The translations under genes and the position numbers were made by a program. The notes below the pieces were generated by a model, which was given only the letters and a program-made list of their open reading frames with translations, was not told the DNA's origin and did no database searches. A stretch of 59,344 nt of DNA, filler included, from Sphacelaria rigidula (Eukaryota), in NCBI GenBank assembly GCA_964200075.2. It is 7 parts of 7 records of this genome, joined end to end, with 100 filler letters (N's around TTAATTAATTAA, not from the genome) between each part and the next. Parts side by side here need not be neighbours in the genome. Positions count along the whole stretch, not along the records: positions 25,481 to 33,872 come from CAXNAA020011298.1; positions 33,973 to 42,364 come from CAXNAA020011299.1; 5 more parts are not named here. The stretch is one strand, 5' to 3'. Each line of letters starts with the position of its first letter. The stretch's first letter is position 1. This document shows, piece by piece, positions 26,184 through 39,610 of the stretch.

Positions 26184-27724
26184 CTGTGGAAGCAAACGCA
26201 TGCACACATATGTGAGTGTGAGGTTGACATCATAAGACATAGTGAACCATGATCATAATAAGCGTAGTAAGTCGAGGACGCGACACACGAGAAGGATGAG
26301 TTGTCTCTATTGCTGCTATTGATAAAAATATTCACGACAAATTGAGGCACCACACAGTGAGATACCGCAACAGTATATACGGAGTCGTTCAACGATAGAG
26401 GGGGTCAAAACCCCTCCTTTCGTTTTGCAAAATGGGGGCAAGAGGCGTGTTTCACCAGTCCCCGTTGTGGACAAGGAGAAACACACGACGTGTTATTGTC
26501 GAGACATCATTCATCATTCCATCCTCCCGTCCGACTGAAGCACGACCTTGATTTAGACAACACGAAAGGGAACAAGGGAGCGACGCGGATGATTCTACAG
26601 CATCACGCCCCCCACCTCTATCGTTAAAAGACTCCACAATTCGAACCAACAACAACAAGAACAACAACCACCACCACCACCACCCATACCCCGCAGTCAA
26701 ACCGGCGATACAATACTTGAGGGTTGCCTGGAAACTCTGTTTGTGTAGTTCCGGGTGGTAAGCTCGCGGTATAATTGATCCTTTCATTTATCTTGAGCGT
26801 ACTCACACATATATATATGTGTGTGTGTAAAAGGAGATGGACAACTCCACCACACACAAACTTTTATGTAGTCTATACAAACTTAAATTTGGCGGGAAGC
26901 GGGGAAGGGGAATCCTATTAGTTGTGTGACCCGGCGTAGTCAGACCTCTGTAGTTAGTGGTTGGTGCCTGCGGCGGTGTTGTTTGACAAGAAGGGCCAGA
27001 CCCGACTGATGGGAGATGAACACCAGGCTCCAACATTGTCTCGATATGTTATGCGACATCAATAACCTTTTAACCAGATTGAGTGTCCAGCATTTGGTTT
27101 GGGGGCGAGGACCAAAAACATCGGAGATCATCATCCACTGATCGACTGGTGTCTCTTGAGGAGTACTTTGCCGAGCTAGACGAGGCTCAAACCAAGGCTC
27201 TCAGCTGTGGAATGAGTCCAATATATACATCACGTTGGTCTCGTCAATCAGCAGAAATATACAACTCTAGATTTCCGGAAACGGTGGATTGATGCCCGAA
27301 ACACTTTCATTGCCGGAGCACCCCTTCAGGCCTTATACGAGGCCTTATACTCTTCATGTGGTGGCTTGCCACCGAAGCGTCTTGGTATCCCTGAGTAAGG
27401 TATAGAAGTGTAACTTTAAGTATACTACATTGCCACAAGTAAACACACACGCACACACGTGAAAATGGGTCAAGTTCAAGCAAATGATCGAAAGCTATTC
27501 TCAATCAAATGCTAGACACTCAAGCCGGCGAAAACACTGTCTGTTATGATCTCAACATACTACGGATGAACCACCTATCTGTACTGGAACAGTATCATCT
27601 CTTGAGATTCAAATGAAAGGGTAATCACTATAAAATCGACTTGGTGTATCATGCCTGCACGCTATTGGAAATTGAGCACCCCCGACGACGACTGATGAAT
27701 GTCTTTTCTTCTTGTCTACGGTAC

Positions 27725-27793
27725 CTCCGATAGTGCCGAAACCGTCACGATGGTCAGACCGGGAACCGTGTTCCCTCCTTCTGCATGTCGCAC
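27725..27793 (-). CDS. Kinesin motor-domain exon
   Basis: gtgcag|VRHAEGGNTVPGLTIVTVSALSE|gtaccg; typical VxGLT strand; phase 0/0 links the two neighbouring exons. Confidence 0.85.
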
Positions 27794-29602
27794 CTGCACC
27801 ATTGAGTATTTCAATTGATCGGCCGAAGTAAACAAGGTTACGAATAACTTGACTTGCCAATTTAGTTCTCATTACGAAAACATGTTTTTTATAATCAATC
27901 TCAGACTTTCGTTTTTGTATATTTGGCTTGTTTTTTCGCAGCCTTTTTCGTAGTGCAGTCGTGTCTCTTATATTTGCTGTTCTAAAGCAGATGATAATCT
28001 TCTGCTGCTCAAGCAGCAGCAGCGGCAGCAGCAGGATTGCATGTTCACTGGCTTCAACGTGAACGGCAGGCGCCCAGTACAAAAGTTATAGTGCTTCAGA
28101 GCACAGATATTGTGCCGAGATCCATACGCGAAAGCGCTCCGCATTCTTTCCCCGCCAGGATGTGTTGACGGGGAGGCATTTGAGCGTTTTCTGACAAAGC
28201 AGCAGAATGCGTGAGGGGTCAGTGTATTCTAGCCCTTGCAGTAGTGTAAATGCTTCTTGCGCATTGGTTGCTGAGGTGAACATATGTCTAAAACCTATAT
28301 GATCCAATTGAAACAAGATGCAGCTCTTCTATACGAAGCGGCCTGAGGGGTGAAAACTCTCGTTCTTGAGTTTCATCTCGTGTACGAAAACGTGAACGAA
28401 CTCTGCGAGAGTATCACCTTTTGTTTATGGTGCTGAGGATTTTCCATCAGCACACTTCTGGCTACCAAACAACGAAATCCGCTGTTGTGAGAAGATCTTG
28501 GTTTCCGGTATTTCGAGGCGGCCTAAAGTTTTGGTCGTATGTATATGGTTGATTTTTTCAAACAAACTAACAATAACGCTGACTCTAAAGCCCTAACCCC
28601 GACCCAAGGCGTACGAAACCCTCGGGCAATGGGGGTGCATAGGTTCCCTTCGACATAGTGTGCGTGGGCAGATCTGAAATTGACGCCGCAGGCGCCAATT
28701 TCGACAAAGATTCGTTCTGGACGAGCTCGGTTCACTGCTCACCTGCCCCGGACCATGAACTTCCCCAGAACTTTTTCAAGTCTAAAATCAAGTAGTGATG
28801 TTGTCGACCATATATATACGACCAAAGCTTTGGGTTCACTGATAATTTCCCACGTCAGCACCCCCCCCCCCCCCCCAACCTTTCCACTTTGAGGGTTGGC
28901 GTTGGTTGACAATGACGCTGTAAAGCACATCACTCACTGCGTAAGCTAGGCGACTAGCTCACCGTTTTTTATTCGGCATGCGTTTTTTGCGGTAACCGGG
29001 ATGGTGGTCGAGCTAGATCGTATCGTGCGGGGTGGATAACCTCAACTCCGCGCAAAGGGGATGGTCGTACTACATGGTGTTTGAATGGTGGGACACCCAT
29101 GATTCAGTGTGTAAGCCGTGGCTGCCTCTGAAAGCGGCGATACCAGGAAATGAAGCAAAGTATTAGGGGCTGCCATCCATATTCAAGATAATCAGTACAC
29201 TTCGGGCCGAACAATCTTTGCAGGATGCAACTCATCCTTCATGCAAGTGGGCGAACACAAAACGGTGCTTCGCGGTTGGCGAATGATTGCGAGCCTGGTC
29301 CGGCGAAACCCCGACGTGCTCCGTCCCGGTTTTTCAGGGACGCGAGGTCAATGGTCCTATGATTACGGCATGCAAGATCACGAGTACACCTCCGCGGACA
29401 GAAACATGGACCACCCCCACCCACCAAACTCAACCGCGGATTATTAGCCGGAGAGGATTGTCCTGCCTGACAAGCGCGCACCCAGCATGTTAATGTCATC
29501 CTTTACTGCTAGTGACACCCTGTACTGGTCGTAGTGTACAATGAAGTAGAGCATTGGGCATTGTATCGCTCGCGCTTCAAATAGTCAACTTTTACTGTCC
29601 AC

Positions 29603-29695
29603 CTCGAGTTTCCTGTGTCGGTTTTCTGTGGTGAGAAGATCACGAATCTGCTCGTTGTAGATCTCCAGAATAGACAGGGTTACTGTGTCGTGCAC
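29603..29695 (-). CDS. Kinesin motor-domain exon (possibly kinesin-14/KIFC-type)
   Basis: tgtcag|VHDTVTLSILEIYNEQIRDLLTTENRHRKLE|gtggac; canonical kinesin SxLEIYNExIRDLL motif. Confidence 0.9.
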
Positions 29696-32600
29696 CTGAC
29701 ACCTCCAAGAGTCGTAGCAAACGAAGGATGCGCCCGGAAAGGCGACGGGGGGGGGGGGGGGGGGGGGGGGGGGAGAGGGGAATGAGATAATTAAATTCGG
29801 ATAAATTTCACAAAAAACATGCATCATGTTATTTGTTGAACGCGAGCTCATGGTAAGAAGACGTAAATATATAACACTTTTATCATTTATCTTTTCCTGG
29901 CGAAGTGAGCAGGAAAATTACCTGGTCTGCTGATATGCCTTCATTTTCATCTCTCAGGCCCTGGCCGGCCACCATTTCGTATTTTCTTGATTTAGAGTGC
30001 GATCTGCTTTACTTTAGGGTGATTTGTACTTGGATATAAAGTCCCTTTGCTCTTCCGCGCATGACGTTGCATGGCGTTCCGTTCGACGCCTTGTGTGCGT
30101 CTGTCTCTCTGTTCGTCTGTCTCCGTTCTTTTTTGGTAACTAGACGGAGCTCGCGGCTGTCTTTGGTTGGCTGCGGCAAGTCCCACTGCTGTCACCTGTC
30201 TGTTCGTCTCGACCGGGTTGATCGTGATGGCTGTGACCCCTTGACCGCCGGAGGTGTCCTTGTGTAGAATCGCCTTCGTTTTCAATCATTTCTCAAGGGA
30301 AAATGATGCCGACTATCCCAGAAAGCAAAACGACCAGGGACTGCTCGGTGTGGTTAGATAGGTGAGGATTAAAGTGTTGCGGAGTCTGAATTTTTGGGGA
30401 TCGGGACGAATCCTTACCGTATCCAGCTGTTAAAGCGACCGGACTGCGGGAAAGTACGAACCGGACTGCGCGTAATCGGATACACACGGCACCTTTGGTC
30501 GCTGGAGGGAAGAAAGATACGGTTCTTTTGATCATTCAGATGGAACCTGCAGTTCACTATGTACGGTGTCGTTCAGTGTTCTTATCTGCCAACCAGCACC
30601 AGCAGCGCTTTTCGTCTCCCTCCCACCTATCCATCCAAGGGCAATGATGTTTCTAGTCTATTCAGCATGCAGTGGAGGCGTGTACTCATCATCATGCATG
30701 CCATAGTCATAAGACCATTGACGTCGCATCCCTTCGAAGCCAGGACGGAGCACGCCGGGTTTTTGCCGGACTAGGCTCACGCTCAATCGCCAAGCGCAAA
30801 GCGCCGTGGTGTGCTCGGCGAGTCGCATGAAGGGTGAGCTGTATCCGGCTAAGACTGTTCGGCCCGAAGATTATCGTGCATTTTGATGCCAGCCTCCAAT
30901 GAGTTGCTTTATTTTCTGGTGTCGCCACTTCCAGAGACAGCCACGGCTCATGCACGGCCTCATGGGTGTCTCCCTATTTAAACACCACGTGGTACAACCA
31001 TCCCTTTTGTGCGGGGTTGAGGTTCTCCCACGCCACACACTATGATCTAGCTCGACTACCATCGTAGTTACCGCAAAGAGAACGCGAGCGCGCAAACAAA
31101 ATCGGCAACCTGGTTGCTTAGCTTCCGCAGTGAGGAACGTGAGTCGCAGCGTCATCGCCAACTGACACCAATCCCATCGAGGGTCCGCCCCTACAAAGCT
31201 GGGCCGGAGCACGCCGGGTTTTCGTCCGACCGGGTTGAACATGCAGTGTGCGGGGGGAGGTATTATTCGTGTGGTCGACCCCGCTAGTGGATTTATTTTT
31301 CACTCTCTTTGCTTGCGTTGCGGTGTGAATCTGGTGGAAACAATCTGTGTATCTGGTGAAAAGGTACATAAACGTTCTCCATTTTTGGTACAAATATGTC
31401 CGCATGTACGCTTCTTGTCTGCCTGCTGGGGAAAATTAATAGAAATATATTCCAGATTCCTGAGGAGAATGTGTGCTCGTGCATGTGTCTGCGGCGCCGA
31501 TTTGGACAACAACGTGTTCTGCACGAACTGGGAGCACTTGGTTGGGACTGTCAGCCCCGCTCAACACCCAAAGGTCGGTGTCAAACTCGAATCAAGTAAT
31601 TTTAACCTCGGATAATTCGGCGGCCAAGAGGGATAAACTCTACTGCATACTATTGGGAGTCCTCGAGTGTCTTCGAACTCGATGCACTTAGCGTGGCGTC
31701 GTAAGCCGCCGACATCCTTGCTTATATATTGTTTTCTCTCTAGCCCCTTACTCGGGGTGTCCTTCAGCGACCATTTCTATTTTTTTTCGGGGAATGTCCG
31801 TTGCGTGGCCGACTGCTGAACTCGTAGCTCACCACCGCGTGTGTGACCATCAGTCATTGATCAATTCAACACGCATATTTGACGTCTGTATCTATCCAAT
31901 AGTATAATTGATCGATGCGCGAAGTCGTGACAAAGTGGACGGTGTTCGTGGCTGTAGATATTCCCTTGCGGGCCTCCCAGAAAATATTGTATCGCAATCA
32001 GCTGGCCGTCTGTATCGCGCGATGGCCCGATCGTTATTGTTGTTTTATCTGCTGAACGGTGTTTAAGGGTAAATGTCAGAGAGAGGTACACCCGACCCTA
32101 TTTTTAACCAAAAGAAGGTATAAAGAGAATGGTCCGCGCGAACACGGGTACCCTAACTTGCCTTAAATTCACTTTCAATGCGCTGGAATGAGGCCCAAAG
32201 CCCACGTAGAGCACGAACACCAACGTTTTTATAGCTTCCGGCACGTTTCGGCGCTAACAGTGCCGCGGCTCTGGAAGGTGCAAACGAGCACCCCTTCTTG
32301 TCCTCACGTAGGGGGTATGCCCTCGCATGTCTACTATCGAGCTCATGTTACCCTCAGTTGTCTATCAGTAAGTTTTCCCTCTTTTGACCGAAAGGATGCC
32401 CCCCTTTGAACCCCTTCGTACAGTTCCGCAAGTTGGTCGAGGCGTCATGTTTGAACAGCCTAAGCGTCACCCACGTCACTATTGAACCGCCCGACCACCA
32501 ACCATGGAGGTCGCACTCGGTAATATCCCTGTCACAACGAATGACAACGTGTAGGAAAACCAAAGGTACAAGGAAGGGACACCCTGCATGTAAAGATGCG

Positions 32601-32883
32601 TTCAAAAGCGCCGCAAAACCAAAGATCCGAACACTAACCGTTTCCTACGGTTGGTATGTTATGGGAGGATGTTTTCCACTTCTGGGACATTTGACACGGA
32701 TTTTGGCTCCCAAACAGGGAAGATCGCCATCATACGTCTCGGGCACTTTTGCATCACCCCAACCTGAGGAGCATTTATTTACCATTTTAATTCGCCCGGC
32801 TCCGAGGTTTCGAGAACGGTCTCTGAAGAGTAATATTGCTAAATATGGAAAAAATGTGGGGAGATCACTTTTAGCAGATTACC

Positions 32884-33726
32884 TTCGAAAATGAGGTTGG
32901 ACCTAACGTGAGGTTCAACTCCGTATCAGTGCTTTCCCAGACCTGAGGTCATCACAAATGACTTTCACGTAGATGACCTCATGCCCCCCGACCACCCTGA
33001 AACTTTTTTCGGGGGTCTCTCGTCTTCCGTTCCCCCATATGGTATGTGCGAACGCACCATTGTCGGGCTAGAAAGCGTCTTTTCTTTAGCTCTACCTCGA
33101 CATCGAAACAGAAAACTAACAGCGGATTCTGAAATGGGGTTCAACAAGAAAATGAGGTTCAACTCAAAAGCGGTGCTTTCCCTCATCTAAAGTCATGCCA
33201 ACCGACGTTCATATGGACGACCTCATCCCTGCCGGCCTCCATGAAACTATTTCGGGGGATTTCTAGCCTCCCGTTTCCTCAAAGGATATGTAAGAAATGG
33301 CATTTTTGACCCGATTTCGGGGTGAAAAAAGGGGGCGCTTCTTTGCCCAAATATCGTGCTTTCGCACATACCCCTCGGGGGAACGGGAGGCTAGAAACCC
33401 CCCGACATAGTTTTAGGGAGGTCGGGAGGGATGGTGTCGTCTATATGAAAGTCATTTGTCATGACTTCAGGTCAAGGAAAGCACTACTTTTGAGTTGAAC
33501 CTCATTTTTTGTTCAACTTCATTTTCGAGAATCCGCTGTTGAAAGCGCTTTGGCACATTCAGTTTGGCCGAGCGAAAGACTGAAATCCTACCAGAAACGT
33601 TTCAGGTCGGTCGGGAGGCGTAAGGCCGTCCATATAAAAGTTATTCGTCATGACTGTAGGTCCGGGAAACCAAAGTCGTGTTGGAGTTGAATCTCACTCT
33701 AGTAATCACGCAACTTCATTCTCGAA
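32884..33726. mobile_element. Foldback-like element with modular inverted arms
   Basis: A ~240-bp module (ATGAGGTTCAACTC...GTGCTTTC...GTCAT) occurs twice in direct orientation (32884-33290) and twice inverted (33360-33726). Related sequence at 42300-42364 and 42495-42556. Confidence 0.7.
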
Positions 33727-36700
33727 AATGATTTGTTTTCTCAATCATCAGGGGTCTGTCGACAAACGGTTTCGGGACCCGTACGCCCCAAGTTTGACAA
33801 TTTGAGTTTTTGAGGGGGGGGGGGGGGGGGCCGGGGTGGGTGTGCACGTGTTTGGGGGGGGGGGGGTGGCAGNNNNNNNNNNNNNNNNNNNNNNNNNNNN
33901 NNNNNNNNNNNNNNNNTTAATTAATTAANNNNNNNNNNNNNNNNNNNNNNNNNNNNNNNNNNNNNNNNNNNNGATCCCCAGCTGTATCTACGTTGCTGAT
34001 CAACTTGTTCTCCCACCATTTGTCAGAATGAGCTCAAAATGGCCGCCGCTGCCTCGAGGGCTACCGCACGGATCCTCGACCTCGCCAAAACTTCCAAGGA
34101 ACTGGAACCAGGGTCGGGGGGAATGATCAACCTCGACCAGCCGTGGGAGGTATTCAGGGGCGAGCCTTGCGCCTACTTCAACACGTTGAGATCTGCACTG
34201 TAACATTGTTGGCCGTCCCCAAAGAGATGGAGATGAAACCGACGGGTGGTGTTTAGGGTTTGTTGCTCACATGCCAAAAGGGTCGCGAAATTTGAGGGCC
34301 GGCGCGCTGTACGCTGCTGCGCTGTACGTTTGCTATACCGCGTAGTTTCGTACCGACGGAGAAGTAGAATCATTGATGTATTTTCAACGTCGGCAAGGTG
34401 TATCAAGCCTGGTCCTTGGGACAGCCTGGGGCGATGACTAGAAGGGAGCACTCTGTCGTACTTGGTGGTCCCGTCCGACTTGTTCAACTTTAACGTTTCT
34501 ATGTCCCCTTTTGAGGTCGACACCGGGCGCCCAGAATCGGCCAATATCCGATACAGCCATTGTTATGATGTTTTGTTTTCTTTTATCAATTTCTTCACTG
34601 TTATTGTCATTGCTGCTGTATCGTCGTTCATTGAAATTGACTGCTATCTTCTACTTTTGTCCTCCCTTTCGAGGCTGTTTTTTTTTTTTTCAAATAGCAG
34701 TACTGCCGAGGCTCGGGCGGTGACCATCTTTTTCAGGGGCAGCAATTAGGGTAGGGGGCTGGAGGATTTCAGAAAAATATTCCTGTTGGTGTCCATCTCG
34801 GGCGCACGTTCATCATTCAACTTTGCTCCACATTTCACTGACTGGGGCCGCAGACGAGGTGGGCCTCCCTCTGTTGCATTGCATCGTTCTGTCCATAGAG
34901 ACATCACTTCGATGGCCAGTGGGGTATTTTTCCTGCTGACGACCTGGCTCTTCCCCCGAAAGTTGGGTGCAGAGAGCACTAGCTGGAACCAGATACACCT
35001 GCTTCTTTTCCGGTTTATACTTATGACTTCTCGGCGATGCTGCCCGCTTCGTTTGTCAGAAAAACATTTTCGTATTCCAGTACCCTTTTTCTACCGTCTG
35101 ACACGAACGATTGATCCCTTTGCGACCGCAGGTGTTGCGTCTAGCATCGAAGGTTATGGCCGACCAGGTTGCGGCCGAAGTCGCCTACAGAAGGGTGGCA
35201 TCATAGTGGGAGCTGAGTCGGGCTAACAACGACGAGAGCAGCGGGGGAGATGAGGGGGACCCCCCGGGGTTTAGCACCCCCGACTCGATTCGCGACGCCC
35301 TAAAATCCTGGCGCCTGTGTCCCGTGGGGAGGGGGGGGAACGAAGGGAGCGACTCTCGCTTCAACAAGAAGAGGTAAATCTGGCGTATTTCGTATGCTCA
35401 AGAGACTTGCGTTAATTGATGGAGCACGTGATCTCCATGGTCTTGTTGTACAATCGTGAACTCAGCGACTTGCTTTTAAAGACTCGCTGTTGATGGGAGC
35501 ATGGACTCTCCCTGTAGCGGCGGCGTAGGCACCTCCATTGTCGTGGTGTTGCAGGTTGTGTATTCGAGGACTTCATCGCTTGTGCCGACGTTCATCGTGC
35601 GGTTGCCGACATTCGCCGTGCGGTGCCGACATTTGCCTTGCGGAAGGACTTACACTCACCAGTTTTGCGCGTGTGGCAGCTGTGGTGTTGCAGAATGCTC
35701 TTGGGCGACCCTTGTCACTTGAGAATGATTTCTTTCTATGGAGACCTTCCACGACAAGAAATGATGCAGTGTTTGGTGACATCTAGCGGCCACTACAATG
35801 ACAAAATTACGCTGACGCAAAAAAACGGTTTCGACGACTGACCCTTCGGCATGTACACACTCGAAAGATACTTGGTTAGATCGTGTACCAGTTACCATTC
35901 ATTGTCTTTAGGCTCGTGTCGTATATCCATTCATCGGTGCTCTTAGCTTGAATATAATTTCGTACAAATTGAGGGAAGTCCCGCCTGACCTCCTCGTGCT
36001 TCACACGTGGACAAATAGCATCCTGTAGGACGAGCTGCACAGGGTTCTCCACAGTCTTTGTGAAAACCCCTGTGTACCATTTGCAAACCCTAGTATCTGT
36101 AATAGCATTTTGCATAGCGTTTTTGTCGAAACCCTGCAAGCAACGCTGTAGAGAGGCCTTTCCAATACGGAAAATCCCAAAATATTTTGTTCCTCATCCT
36201 ATCTCTATCCTGCATTGATTTCGCGTTGTCCTACGCAGTTCGCCACATCATGAGTGCAGCCGTTGTATCGCGGTCAACGTGTACGCAGGATGTAAACCTC
36301 CTCGCCACGCGCTATATTGCTACATTGCTACGTCACATTTTGTAGAGCTGTCTGTGTTGCAGCTACAGCGTGCGTTTGCCCCACGAGGCGCATGCAGGAG
36401 TGAAAGGCCGCCTCCGCCGCTGTAATGGCTGCCTGATTCTGGAGCGAAGCTGTATGGTAACACAGCCGCGGCTGGTGCGCCAACATATAACGAAAGGTGG
36501 AGACCGGCATTAGGAATATATGGGACCACAACACACAGTACACTCGACGTTGCGCAGTACACTTTCAACATCGTGTTTGTACTGTCTGTAGATATGTTCT
36601 GTCCACGGTTGGGTACATTCCCATATATAATGCGGGGTCTGGTACATCTTGACCCATAATGAAACGGACGGTCTGGTACGTTTCCACCTGTGCATGCATG

Positions 36701-37289
36701 TGATGTTACTCGGCGATATCGAGAAAGAATCCGCTGGGCGAACTGCAGTTGAGGCAATCGCCGAAATATTCACCTGCAAGCTCTGCTCCAGTGCACGGTA
36801 AGTTGATATCGCTAGAAGGACACTATCATGACGACCTTGCCGGCTGCCAGACTGTCACAGACTGTCAGGACGTAGGGTCCGCTGGCATTGCTACTGTCTG
36901 TACGGGAGTATTACCCCCTTGTTAGGTACGTGTTGGAGCATGATACTCGATGTAGATCATCCTTTCACATGGGCACCAAACGCTGAGGGTTCGTACTCAC
37001 GACTTCGATTTGGAGGACGATACTAGGTGGGCAGCGGCAACTGATGTTTGTCCACGTCCCCCTTGGAGCAGGATGCGTTTGGTGTCCGTTTGAGGAAGTG
37101 ATCCTCAAAAACCGAAATCGATGGAGGTTTAAGAGTGGAAAAATCTAGCAAAACAATTATCGCAAGAATCAGGTCGCGAGAATCCTAACGCAAAAACGGA
37201 GTCGCAAAAAACCACGTAGTTTAAGTTTAACCCGCAGCAGAAACCAACTTCACTTTGTGAAATTGGAATGATGGGATTTAAAAGTCTAC

Positions 37290-37920
37290 GACTCCACCGA
37301 TAAGCATGAGCGGGAGGTAAACATTATTTACAAGTTTGCCGATGAACACAATTTGAAAACTCCCTGATGAGAAAACATTTTCGAATCCGCAGATGAGCAC
37401 AAGCGGGGAGTAAAACATTACAGAGTTACCGATGAGGAAAAAAATGCCAAATTGCCGATGAGCACGCGTCAGGTCGTCCGTCGAAAGCAACATACCCCCA
37501 AAACAGACAACTTCGTCGATGAGTATAAACAAAAACGGGGAGTAAAATATGACCAATTCGCCGATGCGCACGAACGTATAGCGGACGTATGTCCGTCAAA
37601 TTCAACATGCCAATAGTTTAAAATTCGCCGCTGAGCACGAACGGAGAGTCGAAAATCCGTCGACTCACCAAGCCATTGAAATTACAATTTCGGTGATTAT
37701 AGCGGGCGTACAGCGGTAGTGCTAGTCGGGTGAAATCATTGTAGATTCGCCGATGACCACGAGCGGAGACTGTTTGTTTTTCAAAATGCCATTCACAAGT
37801 TGCCGACAACGACGAACGGCACTCATTCTTTGTCGTTTTGATCAAATAGCCGACTATCGTGAACGTATAGTGGCAGTGCACGTCGGGCAAAATGATTTCA
37901 GCTTCACCTATAAGCACGAT
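37290..37920. repeat. Degenerate minisatellite (GCCGATGAGCAC...GGGAGTAAAA core)
   Basis: About 10 dispersed copies of (TC)GCCGATGA(G/A)CAC with variable spacers. Confidence 0.7.
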
Positions 37921-38213
37921 CGTCTCTGGTAAACGAATTCACCGTTTCGCGAGCTATGGGCGTGTACAGACTGGTGCGGTCGGCCCGTAGGGTCATGTCC
38001 CTTCTGTGCATATGTAACCAACTATTCCACCTCGGTTCTCATCTCTTTCATCAAACGTGATCACATCACTCCCCCGTGATCCAGCTAGTCTATCGCCGTG
38101 TATTAGTTTCACTTTTTATCGCCACTTCTGACGACTCGATCTAAATTATTCATCCATCTGCAAACACACCACGAACGTCGGCGACATGAGTCGCCCTCCC
38201 CCGAGTACTGCCA

Positions 38214-39080
38214 CTACTCATCCCTCCACTCGGTGCCCTGGCCAGGCTGCCGATCCCCGCTTCTACGCTTGTCAGCAAGGGCTTCTGACACTAGGTCGCA
38301 ACTGGCGTCGTTAGCCCGCACGCATGGCTTGTATGCGTCCGACTTCCATCCACCCTCTTTTTGCAAAACCTTTGGAGACACTCGTGCTGCCGACAAGTGG
38401 GTAGCGCCACCAATCCGTAAAAGGTGCAATGCGAACTCTGGGAGCGGGAGCCCAGCCAACGCCACCGCTTGCCGTAGCGGTGCCACCGCATCATACCGAT
38501 TCCATACCACTACCTCCCCGGATTTCCGCGCATCATACGTCATACGCGGGGCCTCAGCAGGGTACGAATCGGGAAAAGATATTAGTTCAGTCATTAGCGC
38601 GACTGCCCCACCCCCTACTTGAAATGCCAAGGCAGGACCCTCGCGAACGCGCGTTACCATTCCGACTCGTAACTGATTCCCTTTGGAAATTCGGAATCGT
38701 ACTTCCACCCGGTCTGCTATATACCCCACTCAGGTCGACGCAACTGCGTCCGTCCCTTAAAAAAGGCCCAATATGTTCTAGGCAAACAGTAAAGTAGTAG
38801 GTGATAGGAATGAACAGAATTCGCAAACATCTCGGAAGACCTCGTCGTAAAGAAAAATAATGCACACAAGCCGAGCCACAGCACGTGGCCACCTGGACCC
38901 CATCCAAGCGCCAGACGTTGCCCGTCCATGAGCACTGACAACGCCACTGGACGTCTAACTCGCTGCTGTGATCCTATCACAGCGTGACTGCGCTTCAATC
39001 CCATCAATGACTTCTTAATCATCGAGTGCTGAATGTCCAAGTCGACGGCCCTCTCCGTTCGATGAAAATATACCACACCC
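38214..39080 (-). pseudogene. Tyrosine recombinase of DIRS/Ngaro-type retroelement, frameshifted
   Basis: Two overlapping frames give RRPVAL...LWLGLCALFFFTTRSSEMF, RFRISKGNQ, FALHLLRIGGATHL and EGGWKSDAYKPCVR, matching the YR R-K-HxxR-W-Y architecture; frameshift near 38720. Confidence 0.85.
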
Positions 39081-39083
39081 TGG

Positions 39084-39420
39084 ACAATACAATATATATG
39101 TAATATATATTGCCCGCTCAATATATCGAGGCGTCGGGTGGTCAATATATATATTGGGCGAGCAATATGATGACACGAGAGAGGGTCAATATATGTTGTG
39201 CCATCAATATATCAAGGCTCGCGACATGCAATATATATCGACCGAACAATATATCACGACACGCGTCACCTCAATATATATTGGCGGAGTAATATGTTGG
39301 TGCGAGAAGGCACCAATATATATTTATCGAGTAATATATTTGCTGCCACCCGAGGTCAATATATATTGACGATTCAATATACTCGACACCCGAAGCGCCA
39401 ATATATATTGGGTGGACGAT
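39084..39420. repeat. Array of CAATATATATTG-type motifs
   Basis: More than 10 copies of CAATATAT(A/G)TTG variants at irregular spacing, directly truncating the YR 5' end. Confidence 0.75.
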
Positions 39421-39610
39421 ACACGAGGGAACCGATGGTCACAGTAAATGTTGATGTAGCAGAATCTATTGATTTTCAACATATAAATTGGAAAGTGTAT
39501 TGGAATTAGTATTGTGGGCAGTTCTTTGTTCGCGGGCGCCATTCAAAGACGTATTTTACATGCCGAAAAAGCTCAATGTATTCCTCCGCAAGCGTGTTCA
39601 ATATAGTGAT

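Noticed and set aside
952..29695. Apparent cluster of NCAPG2, DHX34 and kinesin
   Set aside because: The genes are on separate contigs joined by size order, so no linkage can be inferred.
37290..39420. Repeat arrays flanking a recombinase as a CRISPR- or integron-like system
   Set aside because: Repeats are degenerate with irregular spacing and no unique constant-length spacers; no cas genes; the YR is a eukaryotic TE-type pseudogene.
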